Below, one piece after another: positions 34,601 to 42,112 of a stretch of 47,123 nt of DNA. The notes under the pieces are model-generated. The model saw nothing but the letters and a program-made list of their open reading frames with translations. It searched no databases and had not been told where the DNA came from. Both the position numbers and the translations under genes were made by a program. The first letter of the stretch is position 1; each line of letters starts with the position of its first letter. Source of the DNA: Angelakisella sp. (GTDB lineage Bacteria; Bacillota; Clostridia; Oscillospirales; Ruminococcaceae); contig JAVVRO010000001.1 of the NCBI GenBank assembly GCA_036654695.1, positions 1 through 47,123 of the forward strand, in the 5' to 3' direction.

Positions 34601-36142
34601 CTTGGTGCCAAACACATAGGCGTTGGTACTGTTTTCCACATAGAGGTTTACCGCGTCCTGAGGGGTGCCCGCCGAGCGGATGGCTACCTCGTCGGCACGT
34701 CCGCGGCCTTCGCCCAAGGTTAGCGTCGCCGTCATTTTGTAGGGGTGGGTCGGGGTAAAGGGGTAAATTGCCTCGTCCACATCGTCGGTGTAAACATCCA
34801 TAATGCCGGGCAGCTCCTTGCCGGTCAGGTAGGCGGGCGGGTTTTGCCCAATGGTTTGCTGCTGGGGCAAAATAGCGGGCAGCTTGCCGGTGCCAAGGAT
34901 GGTAATGGGCACATCGTAGGTGGCAGATTCTACCCTCGCAATGGTGGTGCCGCCATCCAGATAGCCGGCAGGCACGGTAAACTTGGTGGGTAGCTGGTAG
35001 GTCACCTTGGCTCGCAGGATGCCCTTGGTGTCGTTTTCGGCGGGGCTGATGGAAACCGGCGAGAGCACCTGTCCCTTGTTCTCAATGTTCAGCACCGTGG
35101 CAGGGCCGTCCCAGACCCATTCCACCGTCATCATGTTATTGTATTTTTCGGACTTGGACAGCAGCGAAAACCCGGTGGTAATACCGGCAAAATAATCGCC
35201 CTTGGCCAGCTTGATGTAGGGGTTTTGGCCGTTGGTGGCGTTGGCGTCGCCCAAAATGCTGGCCTGAATGCTATCCCGTACCTCGTCAACCGCCAGCTGC
35301 GGGGTGGCTACCTTTAAAATCAGGGGGTTCAGCTTTTGCAGGTCGTACTCAATGGTAAAGGAGCTGCCTGTAAAAATCTTGTCGGGGGTCGACATGGAAA
35401 TGGCAAAGCTGTAGCCGCCAATTTCGATGGTAAAGGTGGTCTTGCCGCCCGTTACCTTGGGCGCTTCTTTAATGGATACCGTCTTGCCGGCCAGCTCGGA
35501 GAAGTTGCCCTTGGCACCGGGTTCCACCGGACTGAACACCAACCCAGAAATTCCGGTTTCATCGGAGGTTACCTTAAAGGTCATGGCGCTGTTCACCGTA
35601 ATGGCCAGCTTGCTGGCGCTGACCACATCAAAGCTCACCGGCTTTTCAATGCCACCGGGCTTTAGGGGGTCGGGGTCCGGCTTTAGCAGTGCAATGCCCT
35701 TGCCGTTATTCAGGGAGGCCGACATGCTGGCGTCCATGGAGTAGGTGGTCAGCGATTTATTGCGGGGGTCAAGGGGGGCGAGCTTGGCGGGGTCGGGGAC
35801 ACCGGGTGGTGTTTTGGTGCCGTAGGCTGCGCCCGGCATGGCCTGCACCTCGTATTGGCGTACCTCCTTGCTGTCGCGGATGTCAAACAGTCCTGCCGCG
35901 ACTGGGGTTCCACCCACCGCAATCAGGAAAGGCGGCGATTGGAAAATGTGTCCCTCCGGCAAACTGGTGGTGGTTTTAATGGTGCTGCCCTCAATGATGG
36001 TGGTTGCCGTCGGGTCGTCGGCAATGAATTTTATGTAATATGCGTCGGCTGCCATGGAAACCAGCACCGACGACGGATAGGCCGCCAGCAACAGCGCCGC
36101 CAGCAGTCCAGAAAGCGTTCTTTTTGGCCACGAATATTTCAT
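31691..36142 (-). CDS. Large secreted surface protein (1483 aa) with ~6 cadherin-like beta-sandwich repeats and C-terminal NPNTG motif
   Basis: Signal peptide MKYSWPKRTLSGLLAALLLAA...; repeats such as STDSSLKGL..F.P...Y...V, DNALTGLSL, SSDARLKSL, NNADLSSI, ending VTAE[DN]G...Y.L.V.R; C-terminus KPNPNTGLHSGVNE*. Confidence 0.88.
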   Translation of the reverse strand: MKYSWPKRTLSGLLAALLLAAYPSSVLVSMAADAYYIKFIADDPTATTIIEGSTIKTTTSLPEGHIFQSPPFLIAVGGTPVAAGLFDIRDSKEVRQYEVQAMPGAAYGTKTPPGVPDPAKLAPLDPRNKSLTTYSMDASMSASLNNGKGIALLKPDPDPLKPGGIEKPVSFDVVSASKLAITVNSAMTFKVTSDETGISGLVFSPVEPGAKGNFSELAGKTVSIKEAPKVTGGKTTFTIEIGGYSFAISMSTPDKIFTGSSFTIEYDLQKLNPLILKVATPQLAVDEVRDSIQASILGDANATNGQNPYIKLAKGDYFAGITTGFSLLSKSEKYNNMMTVEWVWDGPATVLNIENKGQVLSPVSISPAENDTKGILRAKVTYQLPTKFTVPAGYLDGGTTIARVESATYDVPITILGTGKLPAILPQQQTIGQNPPAYLTGKELPGIMDVYTDDVDEAIYPFTPTHPYKMTATLTLGEGRGRADEVAIRSAGTPQDAVNLYVENSTNAYVFGTKIKNPSTVTGQLGLEIAAKRAGHTELIFDFYYKGVLSDRHLTVPITVQDNTPSDFKQLSKLELQSDGLIDAAIPELAQLYPGGVFDFQFSPTTYTYGTINLPNHAAILNITPDIIRTAGMRNQIDYTISGGNLGSIPASGTLDLTSNDPAKRSIRGVPLFVGPARAVTLTATAQNGKPQIYMLNLNLMPPSTDSSLKGLSAIDLAKNEYLTKFLPSTVTYSFEVPYKTRWIKLTGKANHPWAKQVLTVADPTLAPKPDGSSGWVPVKHPVDPDSNFNGKKPSTATIEVTAEDATAKKTQYTISISRKDPSTNAQVGVMEVQTGAGKPMPFDGNVLFNKDTKQYELHIPYSATQLRLLAKPEDLLAEQVTVQVENTPAITQSYTAKGEALRFDLNTLPVPTVDKFSITVTATAESGKVTDPPYTIYVIRNDPDRDNALTGLSLKDQEGKDITSFVFNPQKMDYTISVPFRVEKVCVLPTPRSPLARLLLIDLDTHTIVELKDTKPSETYELKTGVAKNLRLEIQPEDLTGEVRVYTLSITRQPASSDARLKSLVADGGEALTPKFSIDRDRYTVNMPAGSTALTFTAVPMVANSTMLINGEAAESGKPSKPIELLSGKTTVTIEVTAENGRDTKQYTVEVTDLSKIPKGNNADLSSITISYGRMDPGFRPGVTEYDVAVLPEVSAIEIIPTASDPKATFEVFADSKKLGDYYNKYTSAIRDGDNVFTIKVTAEDGKTMKSYTLTVYRNDEDKQGTFKPITSAMVDFAQTNDPIVVDISKYAIVTAELFNTLKTKYPEKSILFQGNDYSLQIKGKDIAKLVPHDQLFDLSISFTAPDEDKIWNILSSEPRNDKVDPVFIHFNHHGVLPGPMLFTISLGRQYRNESATWNYFNEERDRIDFYGGVRTNSRGTFTVRLDHMSTYLLSEYPIINAENKVGDANAVGDHTGAVGLVPNTNGSKPNPNTGLHSGVNE

Positions 36143-36201
36143 GGTAGTAACTCCCCCCGCGCCTCTTTTTTTGCAAAAGCGCAACTATGCTATTCTAAGT
36201 G

Positions 36202-36230
36202 ATTATACCACTTATTTACTCATTCGTCAA
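36202..36230 (-). promoter_or_regulatory. sigmaA promoter (extended -10) for surface protein-srtB
   Basis: Minus strand TTGACG-N17-TATAAT with TGn extension (TGgTATAAT). Confidence 0.82.
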
Positions 36231-36258
36231 AAAAATGCAAAACTTGATACTGCCCAGC

Positions 36259-36291
36259 AAAAAAAACAGGGACGGATAACTTCCGTCCCTG
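36259..36291 (-). terminator. Intrinsic terminator after fliS
   Basis: Minus strand CAGGGACGGA-agtta-TCCGTCCCTG followed by T8. Confidence 0.92.
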
Positions 36292-36315
36292 CTGACTGCC
36301 AGCGCATTGTTTTGG

Positions 36316-36744
36316 TCAACCCACCGCGCTCATGACCGCGCCGCCAAGGTTGTAGGTCGCGCGGGAAGTAGTCTGGCTCATTCTGGCCAGCTTTTCTGCC
36401 TGTACAAAGGTGTCCCGCAGCTCGGTAATCAGCGGAATAATTTCTTCCAGCAGCGCCGCGTCCTTTTTGACATTTGCCGTTACAGTTTGTCGAATAAAGA
36501 AATCGTAGAGGCTGGAAAGCCCCGCCGAAACGCCGTAGCGACGGTCAAGGGTGCTGTCCAGATAGCCCAGAATGAGCTGCACCTTTTTTAGTGCCTCATT
36601 GGTTTGCGGGTAATCCTTCTCCCCAATGCTGCGGCAAGCGCCGGACATCTGCTTAATCACTTCGTCATACAGCTTTACCAGCATCTCCCCCTGGGTCATT
36701 GTCATAACCGACTGCTGCTTGTAATTATCATAGGGGCTGTTCAT
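36316..36744 (-). CDS. fliS: Flagellin chaperone FliS
   Basis: NYKQQSVMTMTQGEMLVKLYD, KVQLIL..LDSTLD, LSSLYDF, ELRDTF. Confidence 0.96.
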   Translation of the reverse strand: MNSPYDNYKQQSVMTMTQGEMLVKLYDEVIKQMSGACRSIGEKDYPQTNEALKKVQLILGYLDSTLDRRYGVSAGLSSLYDFFIRQTVTANVKKDAALLEEIIPLITELRDTFVQAEKLARMSQTTSRATYNLGGAVMSAVG

Positions 36745-36762
36745 GTCGTTTACTTCCTTTCC

Positions 36763-39405
36763 TTAAGAGCCGAGCTGCTGTGTCAGCCACGAGCTTTGCT
36801 GGTTCATGTTAGAAATCATCTGCTCCATGGCATTAAACTGTTTCCAGTAGCGCTTGTATTCACTTTCGTACTTGCGCCCAAGGGTCTCCAGATTTTCGTT
36901 GATGTTCCGAATTTCCTTGTAGATGCTGCTGGTGGTATCCCGAACGCCGGGTCGCCCCGCTTGGTTGACCAGTGACAGATTGGCGTAGGGGTCGTTCCGA
37001 ATACCGGCAGTGTCGCTGGTGGCAGAGTGCAGTATCTTGTTCAGCTCGGTGGCAATGCCCTCCTTGTCGTCGGTGAACAGCCGCTCAATGGCGCCGGGGT
37101 CTTGGGCAATGGCATCCTTCAGCTTTTGTCCGGTGACATCGCTAAATACCAGCTTCCCGGCATAGCCCTTGTCAAAGTCGTAGCTGGTGGTAATGCCCAT
37201 TTCCGCAAGGCTGGTTTTACTGTCGCCTACGCGCTTAGTCAGTGCCCGGTTCATGGCGCTCATAATGCCTTCCATGGTGTCGTCGCCCCGCAGCAAGCCC
37301 TCCTTGGACTTCTTTTCCCACAGCTCAATTTCATTGTCGGTCATTTCGCCCTTTTGCTTGTCGGTCAAGGGGGGGTATTCCTTATAGGTGGGGTCTTCCT
37401 TGAGCATTCCCCACACCTTGTCAAGGGTCTTGTTGTACTCGTCAATAAACTTTGTCATGCCCTCGAAAATCTGGTCGGTGTTGCGGGTCACGGTAACATC
37501 AGCAAAGGAGGTATCCGCGCTGGCCGCAGTCCCGTTGTAGCCGGTGTTAAAGGTTTCATTCAGGGAATAGCTGATGCCGTCAATGCTAAAGTCGTTGCTG
37601 CTGCGCTCCACCCGCTGTCCACCCAAGTACAGCACGGCGTTTTGCCCGGCAGATACGGTCTCCATGGCTTTTTGCCCCTGCCCGACCGAAAGAGTGCTGG
37701 TACCCAGCAGCTTGTTGTCGTCCCCCACAATGGTAAAGTCCATGGGAATATCCACGCCGAAGATGCGAAAGCGCCCTTTGCTTTCGGTGGCATCAAAGCT
37801 GATGCTAGCCGTAGCGGAAACGCCCGGATTTTTTTGCAGTGCCGCGGTCATCTGCTCACTCAGCTGTTTGGCGGTCAGGCTGCTGTCGGTAATGTTCAGC
37901 GTCTGGTTTCCAATGGTAATGACCAGCGGTTTTCCTGCGCTGGCGGTAATGCCCATCTCCGCCAGCGTGGTATCGGCGGTGGCCTGTGATTTGGTACTGC
38001 CGGAAACACCCAGCAAGGTGCCAAAGCTGCTGTTACCTGCCACTGACACCTCGACACCGACATTGGCAGTCAGCTTCACGCCGCCGTTGCGGTTGTTGGT
38101 GCTGTCCACGGTCATTTCAAGCTTAACCCCTGCGGCCTTTAGCTCTGCGTTGCTGTCCACCGCCGCAATCAGGTCGTCAACGGTATACTTTTGGTCGGCG
38201 GGCTTTTCGGGAATGGTCAGCGTGACCTCCTTGCCGCCCACCATCAGCGTAAACTTACTGCCTGCGCGGATAGAACGGTCAAGCTCCCCGTTGGTGGTCG
38301 CCAGCAGCGCATCGACCTTTACTTTGTCGTCGGGGGTCAGGGTGGCGGCGGGGTCACCCTCCAGCCCGGGAATTTTGCCCTTTAGCCCATCGTAGCGATA
38401 GGTCATGTCACCGGTAGCGGCACCGCCCCCCGCTGTACCAAATAGCGAGGTCAGCAGGTTGCCCTCGGACTGGGACATGGTAATGGTGGAGCCAGAGCCA
38501 GAAACGCTGGATTCAATGGAGAATTTATCCTCCAAGGTGGAATAGCGAATTTCCACCCCTGCATTACTGTTGTTAACCTCGCGGATAATATCCGAAAGAG
38601 CCTTTTGATCATCATACTTAAACTGCGTGCCATTGATGGTAAACGCAAAGGCTGAGCCTTGCAGTGGTTCCTTGAGATTGATGTCCCCCAAGGCCATGCC
38701 GGTATTGACCTTGTTGGAAATGCCGGTGGAGACACCCAGAATGTCCATGGCGGCCATATTGCCCTGCAACATAAACTGGTGGCTGTCATGGGTAACGCCA
38801 AACTTGATGTTGGTGCCGTCGGTGGTCACCGTCATGCCGTTGCCCAGTGTGCGGTTAATGGTCTTTTGCAAATCTTCAGCAAATTTTTTCGCATCTACTA
38901 CGCCGTTTGCATCCTTCACCGTGGGCGGCAGCTTAATGACCTTACGCACACCGTCCAGTGTCACGGTAAGCTCCTGCTCATTGGCAGTGGCTAGGTTCAG
39001 CTTGCCGGAAACCTCACCGGCAGCAGTGTCGGCAGATTTTTGTTTAAAGGTTTGCGCCAGTTGGTTAATGCTGTTGACTGTCACCTTGCCGGCAGTTGCG
39101 CCGCTGCTGGCGGTTGCCTTAAAAAACGCCGACTTTGTGCTGGCGCTCATGTTATTATAAAAGCTGGGATAAAGCAGATTGTTTTTGCTGCCAAAGGTAA
39201 AAAAGTTGTCCTGCAACGACTTTAGGTTTGCAAAAACATCCCGGTACATCGCCTGTTTGTAGCCCAAGGTTGCCTTATTTGCCTTTTGCTTATCTATCTT
39301 GGCTTGCGTTCCTGCCAGCATGGCGTCAACCATGCCTTGGGTATCCATCCCCGAGGCCAGCCCCGACATGCCCTTGCTCATTGAGCTCAGCGAATTAATT
39401 GCCAT
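36763..39405 (-). CDS. fliD: Flagellar filament cap FliD (880 aa)
   Basis: GMSGLASGMDTQGMV, VNSINQLAQ, GQNAVL...ERSSNDFSIDGISY, YPPLTDKQK...LWEKKSKEGLLRGD, YWKQFNAMEQ; RBS GGGAG before ATG 39405. Confidence 0.95.
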   Translation of the reverse strand: MAINSLSSMSKGMSGLASGMDTQGMVDAMLAGTQAKIDKQKANKATLGYKQAMYRDVFANLKSLQDNFFTFGSKNNLLYPSFYNNMSASTKSAFFKATASSGATAGKVTVNSINQLAQTFKQKSADTAAGEVSGKLNLATANEQELTVTLDGVRKVIKLPPTVKDANGVVDAKKFAEDLQKTINRTLGNGMTVTTDGTNIKFGVTHDSHQFMLQGNMAAMDILGVSTGISNKVNTGMALGDINLKEPLQGSAFAFTINGTQFKYDDQKALSDIIREVNNSNAGVEIRYSTLEDKFSIESSVSGSGSTITMSQSEGNLLTSLFGTAGGGAATGDMTYRYDGLKGKIPGLEGDPAATLTPDDKVKVDALLATTNGELDRSIRAGSKFTLMVGGKEVTLTIPEKPADQKYTVDDLIAAVDSNAELKAAGVKLEMTVDSTNNRNGGVKLTANVGVEVSVAGNSSFGTLLGVSGSTKSQATADTTLAEMGITASAGKPLVITIGNQTLNITDSSLTAKQLSEQMTAALQKNPGVSATASISFDATESKGRFRIFGVDIPMDFTIVGDDNKLLGTSTLSVGQGQKAMETVSAGQNAVLYLGGQRVERSSNDFSIDGISYSLNETFNTGYNGTAASADTSFADVTVTRNTDQIFEGMTKFIDEYNKTLDKVWGMLKEDPTYKEYPPLTDKQKGEMTDNEIELWEKKSKEGLLRGDDTMEGIMSAMNRALTKRVGDSKTSLAEMGITTSYDFDKGYAGKLVFSDVTGQKLKDAIAQDPGAIERLFTDDKEGIATELNKILHSATSDTAGIRNDPYANLSLVNQAGRPGVRDTTSSIYKEIRNINENLETLGRKYESEYKRYWKQFNAMEQMISNMNQQSSWLTQQLGS

Positions 39406-39452
39406 GGTAGCACACTCCCTTTCGACAGCTCTGTCTGTCTGCGTTATCTTAA

Positions 39453-39479
39453 TTATCGGCAGCGCTTTGCAAATGTTTA
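39453..39479 (-). promoter_or_regulatory. sigma28 (FliA/SigD) promoter of fliD-fliS
   Basis: Minus strand TAAA-N15-GCCGATAA, consensus match. Confidence 0.9.
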
Positions 39480-39529
39480 TAGCGTGCCGCCCACTTCGCA
39501 AAAATCCTCGTAACAGTCGTTGCCGGTTG

Positions 39530-40000
39530 CTAGATGGAGCCCATGCTGTTGCCCTGCCCCCGGTCGGCAAGACCGGTCAGGTACTTGTTAATCTTGGGGA
39601 TGTTTTGGGCTTTTTTAATCTGATCCTCCGCCTCGGCGCGGGTACGCTGCATCTGTTCCACCGCATCGCTATTCTTCATGCGAATGCGCCGTACTACCGT
39701 CATAATCTCACTGACCGGCTCGGTCAACGGTGCCAATTCCTCCAAAACGCCCTCGCTGGGGTCGTGTCCTGTCAGCAGCTGTCTTGCTGCCTGACCCCAT
39801 GGCGTTAGCTCCTGCTGCAAGGCGGCATCAATATTGTCAATCTGCATTGCCAAGTCCCCGCGTTGTGTGATATACTTTTCCATATCATCCACCTCGGTTG
39901 CTTCCAGTAACCGGTCGGTTATGGCTTCGTACTGCAAGAATAATTCTTTTTTTTGTGCCAGCAAGGACATGGCCGCAGTAATTTTGGTGCTTTGCTGCAT
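39530..40000 (-). CDS. FlgN/FliT-like helical flagellar chaperone (hypothetical)
   Basis: All-helical 156 aa (LLAQKKELF...YITQRGDLAMQIDNID...KINKY); RBS GGAAAGGA; directly upstream of fliD. Confidence 0.65.
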   Translation of the reverse strand: MQQSTKITAAMSLLAQKKELFLQYEAITDRLLEATEVDDMEKYITQRGDLAMQIDNIDAALQQELTPWGQAARQLLTGHDPSEGVLEELAPLTEPVSEIMTVVRRIRMKNSDAVEQMQRTRAEAEDQIKKAQNIPKINKYLTGLADRGQGNSMGSI

Positions 40001-40057
40001 GCTGCATCTTCCTTTCCAAATCAAAACAATGTGCCCAAGCGGTTGGAGGTTATCTTG

Positions 40058-40714
40058 ATGGTTCCTATCTATTTTAGCGCACTGCTGAGAACAGCAGAGG
40101 GTCGTCTGATGGAGCTCGGCGAGGCCTGTTTGTCCCGCAGGGAAAACAAAGTCACCTTTCGCAGTGAATTTGTCCCCTTGGTCAAGCTGGGTACCACGGT
40201 AGAAATTGTCCGTGTGCTGGGTCAAAAGCAGCTAGAACGTTTTCGAGGACAGGTGTACCTGTCCTCTCGTAATCTGCTGCAAATTGTTGAGGTGGACCCG
40301 CAGCTGATAGCCACGGTGCGAGCCCTCTTTGACACCAACACCTGCCTACCGGCGAACTTTACCGTGTCCCCCGACAAAGCGCCCGTATTCCCGCCCAAGC
40401 ATGTGGATTTGGTCACCGGCACGGTGCGGTATCTGTCCTATGACACAGTGAAGCTCAGCCTGCTGCCCTATGTTGGGGAGGGGCAATACCTCATCATTGA
40501 CTGCCAGTGCGAGGGGCTGGAGTTGCGCCAGACCATTGTCCGCGTGGAGCAACGGGAGCTGCTGGGGCGACGTGCCGCGCTGCTCCTCTGCTCTGTTTAC
40601 GCCTGCCCGCCCGCCGAGCTTGCTACCCTGCGCACGGTTGCGGACCGACTGGCCAAGCTGGAGGAGGAGGTTGACCCGGAGCACGACCCAGATGTCGGGG
40701 CTGAGCCGCTTTAG
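40058..40714 (+). CDS. Hypothetical two-beta-barrel protein resembling a degenerate YcgR/PilZ
   Basis: RBS GGAGG at 40045; fills the gap between the fliT-like gene and csrA; [15 protein letters not shown]...GEGQYLII resembles the PilZ strand pattern. Confidence 0.6.
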   Translation: MVPIYFSALLRTAEGRLMELGEACLSRRENKVTFRSEFVPLVKLGTTVEIVRVLGQKQLERFRGQVYLSSRNLLQIVEVDPQLIATVRALFDTNTCLPANFTVSPDKAPVFPPKHVDLVTGTVRYLSYDTVKLSLLPYVGEGQYLIIDCQCEGLELRQTIVRVEQRELLGRRAALLLCSVYACPPAELATLRTVADRLAKLEEEVDPEHDPDVGAEPL

Positions 40715-40941
40715 TCGTGCCGCAGCGAGGCTGCCAACAACTTCAGCGTGCTGTCAGCGGTATCCTCCAACGCCTGCCGGTTGGCCTCGGCCGTCTGCAA
40801 CAGCTCCTGCCGCAGTACCGGAATCTCTTTTGGCGCGTTGATGCCTATTTTTACTTTATCACCCGAAATTTCAGTGATGGTGATTTCGATATTCCCGCCG
40901 ATGACTAAAGTTTCACCGACTTTTCTGGAGAGGATTAACAT
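40711..40941 (-). CDS. csrA: Translational regulator CsrA
   Basis: [22 protein letters not shown]...[17 protein letters not shown] with the C-terminal extension typical of FliW-regulated CsrA. Confidence 0.96.
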   Translation of the reverse strand: MLILSRKVGETLVIGGNIEITITEISGDKVKIGINAPKEIPVLRQELLQTAEANRQALEDTADSTLKLLAASLRHD

Positions 40942-40960
40942 AGCAAACACAACCTTTTCA

Positions 40961-40990
40961 AAGGCCGGGAACCCCCCGGTCTTCTATTTT
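40961..40990 (+). terminator. Hairpin between fliW and csrA, favoured on + strand
   Basis: AAGGCCGGG-aaccc-CCCGGUCUU then CUAUUUU; its G-U pair is an A-C mismatch on the minus strand. Confidence 0.45.
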
Positions 40991-41412
40991 GCGGCGACCA
41001 GCGGCGCACGCACCGGATAGTCCTCCTCCAACATCACCTGAGCGGCGCAGCGGCGCACGGTATTAATGATAATCGGACTTTTTAGGTTGACGGTGGATTC
41101 GGTGAATTTTTCCGGGATGACTGCCACCAGCCGCACAATAACATCCAGCGGGTCGTCTATCTCCAGCAGGGTGGCCATCTCGCCGGGCAGTAGCGGGTCA
41201 TAGCGCTCCGGCAGTGCTGCGGGGTCAACCAGAATAAAGCAGACCTCTTTGCTTGTAATCGACTGCAACCACAAAAAGCAGTCTCCAATATTGCTATCCG
41301 ACAGCACCACAAAGTCGCGCTGCTCCTCGAAGCCGTACAGTGTCTGTTTAAAGTGTACTACCTGTTCGGTGTCAATTTCCATTGACCCAAAGTTTCTGGT
41401 TTCAATCATCAT
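40984..41412 (-). CDS. fliW: Flagellar assembly factor FliW
   Basis: IETRNFG, LYGFE, FLWLQS, FILVDP, STVNLKSPIIIN, AAQVML; adjacent to csrA. Confidence 0.95.
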   Translation of the reverse strand: MMIETRNFGSMEIDTEQVVHFKQTLYGFEEQRDFVVLSDSNIGDCFLWLQSITSKEVCFILVDPAALPERYDPLLPGEMATLLEIDDPLDVIVRLVAVIPEKFTESTVNLKSPIIINTVRRCAAQVMLEEDYPVRAPLVAAK

Positions 41413-41470
41413 GGTGCTCGACATCCTTTATAAAACCGCAGTAGCGGAGTTTTTGGCGGTGCTATCCCTG

Positions 41471-42064
41471 TTAGGCTGTGGCCTGATAGTCAGGATCCGC
41501 ACTGGCAGGTACATAAATCGGCTTGCCGATATACTCGATATTTAGTTTTGGGTATTGGGTGATTTCCACCGAAAAGCGTCCCGGGACAAATTCCATGGCG
41601 CTTTGGGCAATTTTCCAGTCAAAGTTCAGGCTGACCGGCTGGTAGTTCATTGACAGCTCCGGCCCGTTCCAGGAAATGTTGACCGGGCTGGTCGGAGTCA
41701 GCGCCAGCTGCCCGCCCTGCCAGTCCTGCATCATGCGGGAATACAGCGCGTCCGGTATGGTGGCACCTTGTTGTATCTGGGCCACCTGGTTCCCCAAGTC
41801 AACGTACCGGGCAACCGCATCCCCTTGGGCGCGTTTTCCCCGTGCGGCGGCCTCCCCCATCGCTGCCGATGGAGTTTTGTACCCTAGGTCATTATGAAAT
41901 TCCGTACTATCCATGCGCATTTCCACATTTTTAGCGTGGTACTCCCAATCTCCACCCTGCTTGGAGGTGGTATGGGTCGCAAGCTCCGGATTATACTCCA
42001 GTCTTGCGCCCTCGCTATTAAAGCGATATTGCATGGGGGTTGAGGTATATTGTAGCAGCAGCAT
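41471..42064 (-). CDS. YviE / DUF6470 family protein
   Basis: Position flgL-X-fliW; C-terminal VEITQYPKLNIEYIGKPIYVP. Confidence 0.78.
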   Translation of the reverse strand: MLLLQYTSTPMQYRFNSEGARLEYNPELATHTTSKQGGDWEYHAKNVEMRMDSTEFHNDLGYKTPSAAMGEAAARGKRAQGDAVARYVDLGNQVAQIQQGATIPDALYSRMMQDWQGGQLALTPTSPVNISWNGPELSMNYQPVSLNFDWKIAQSAMEFVPGRFSVEITQYPKLNIEYIGKPIYVPASADPDYQATA

Positions 42065-42112
42065 GGGCTCACCTCCCTGTTGAATCCTAACTGCACATCA
42101 TCAAACGGTCAG

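Noticed and set aside
30894-36142. Sortase cassette as a mobile element
   Set aside because: No integrase or transposase, no target-site duplication, and no obvious compositional shift by eye.
39406-39570. Long N-terminal extensions in the ORF track (fliD, also flgE, flgD, flgF, parA, ComFB protein, fliT-like, surface protein)
   Set aside because: Downstream ATGs have better RBS and family-typical N-termini; for fliD and parA the extension overlaps the predicted promoter.
41425-41470. Small hairpin CCGC-tact-GCGG-TTTT between yviE and fliW
   Set aside because: The core stem is only 4 bp; too weak to call a terminator.
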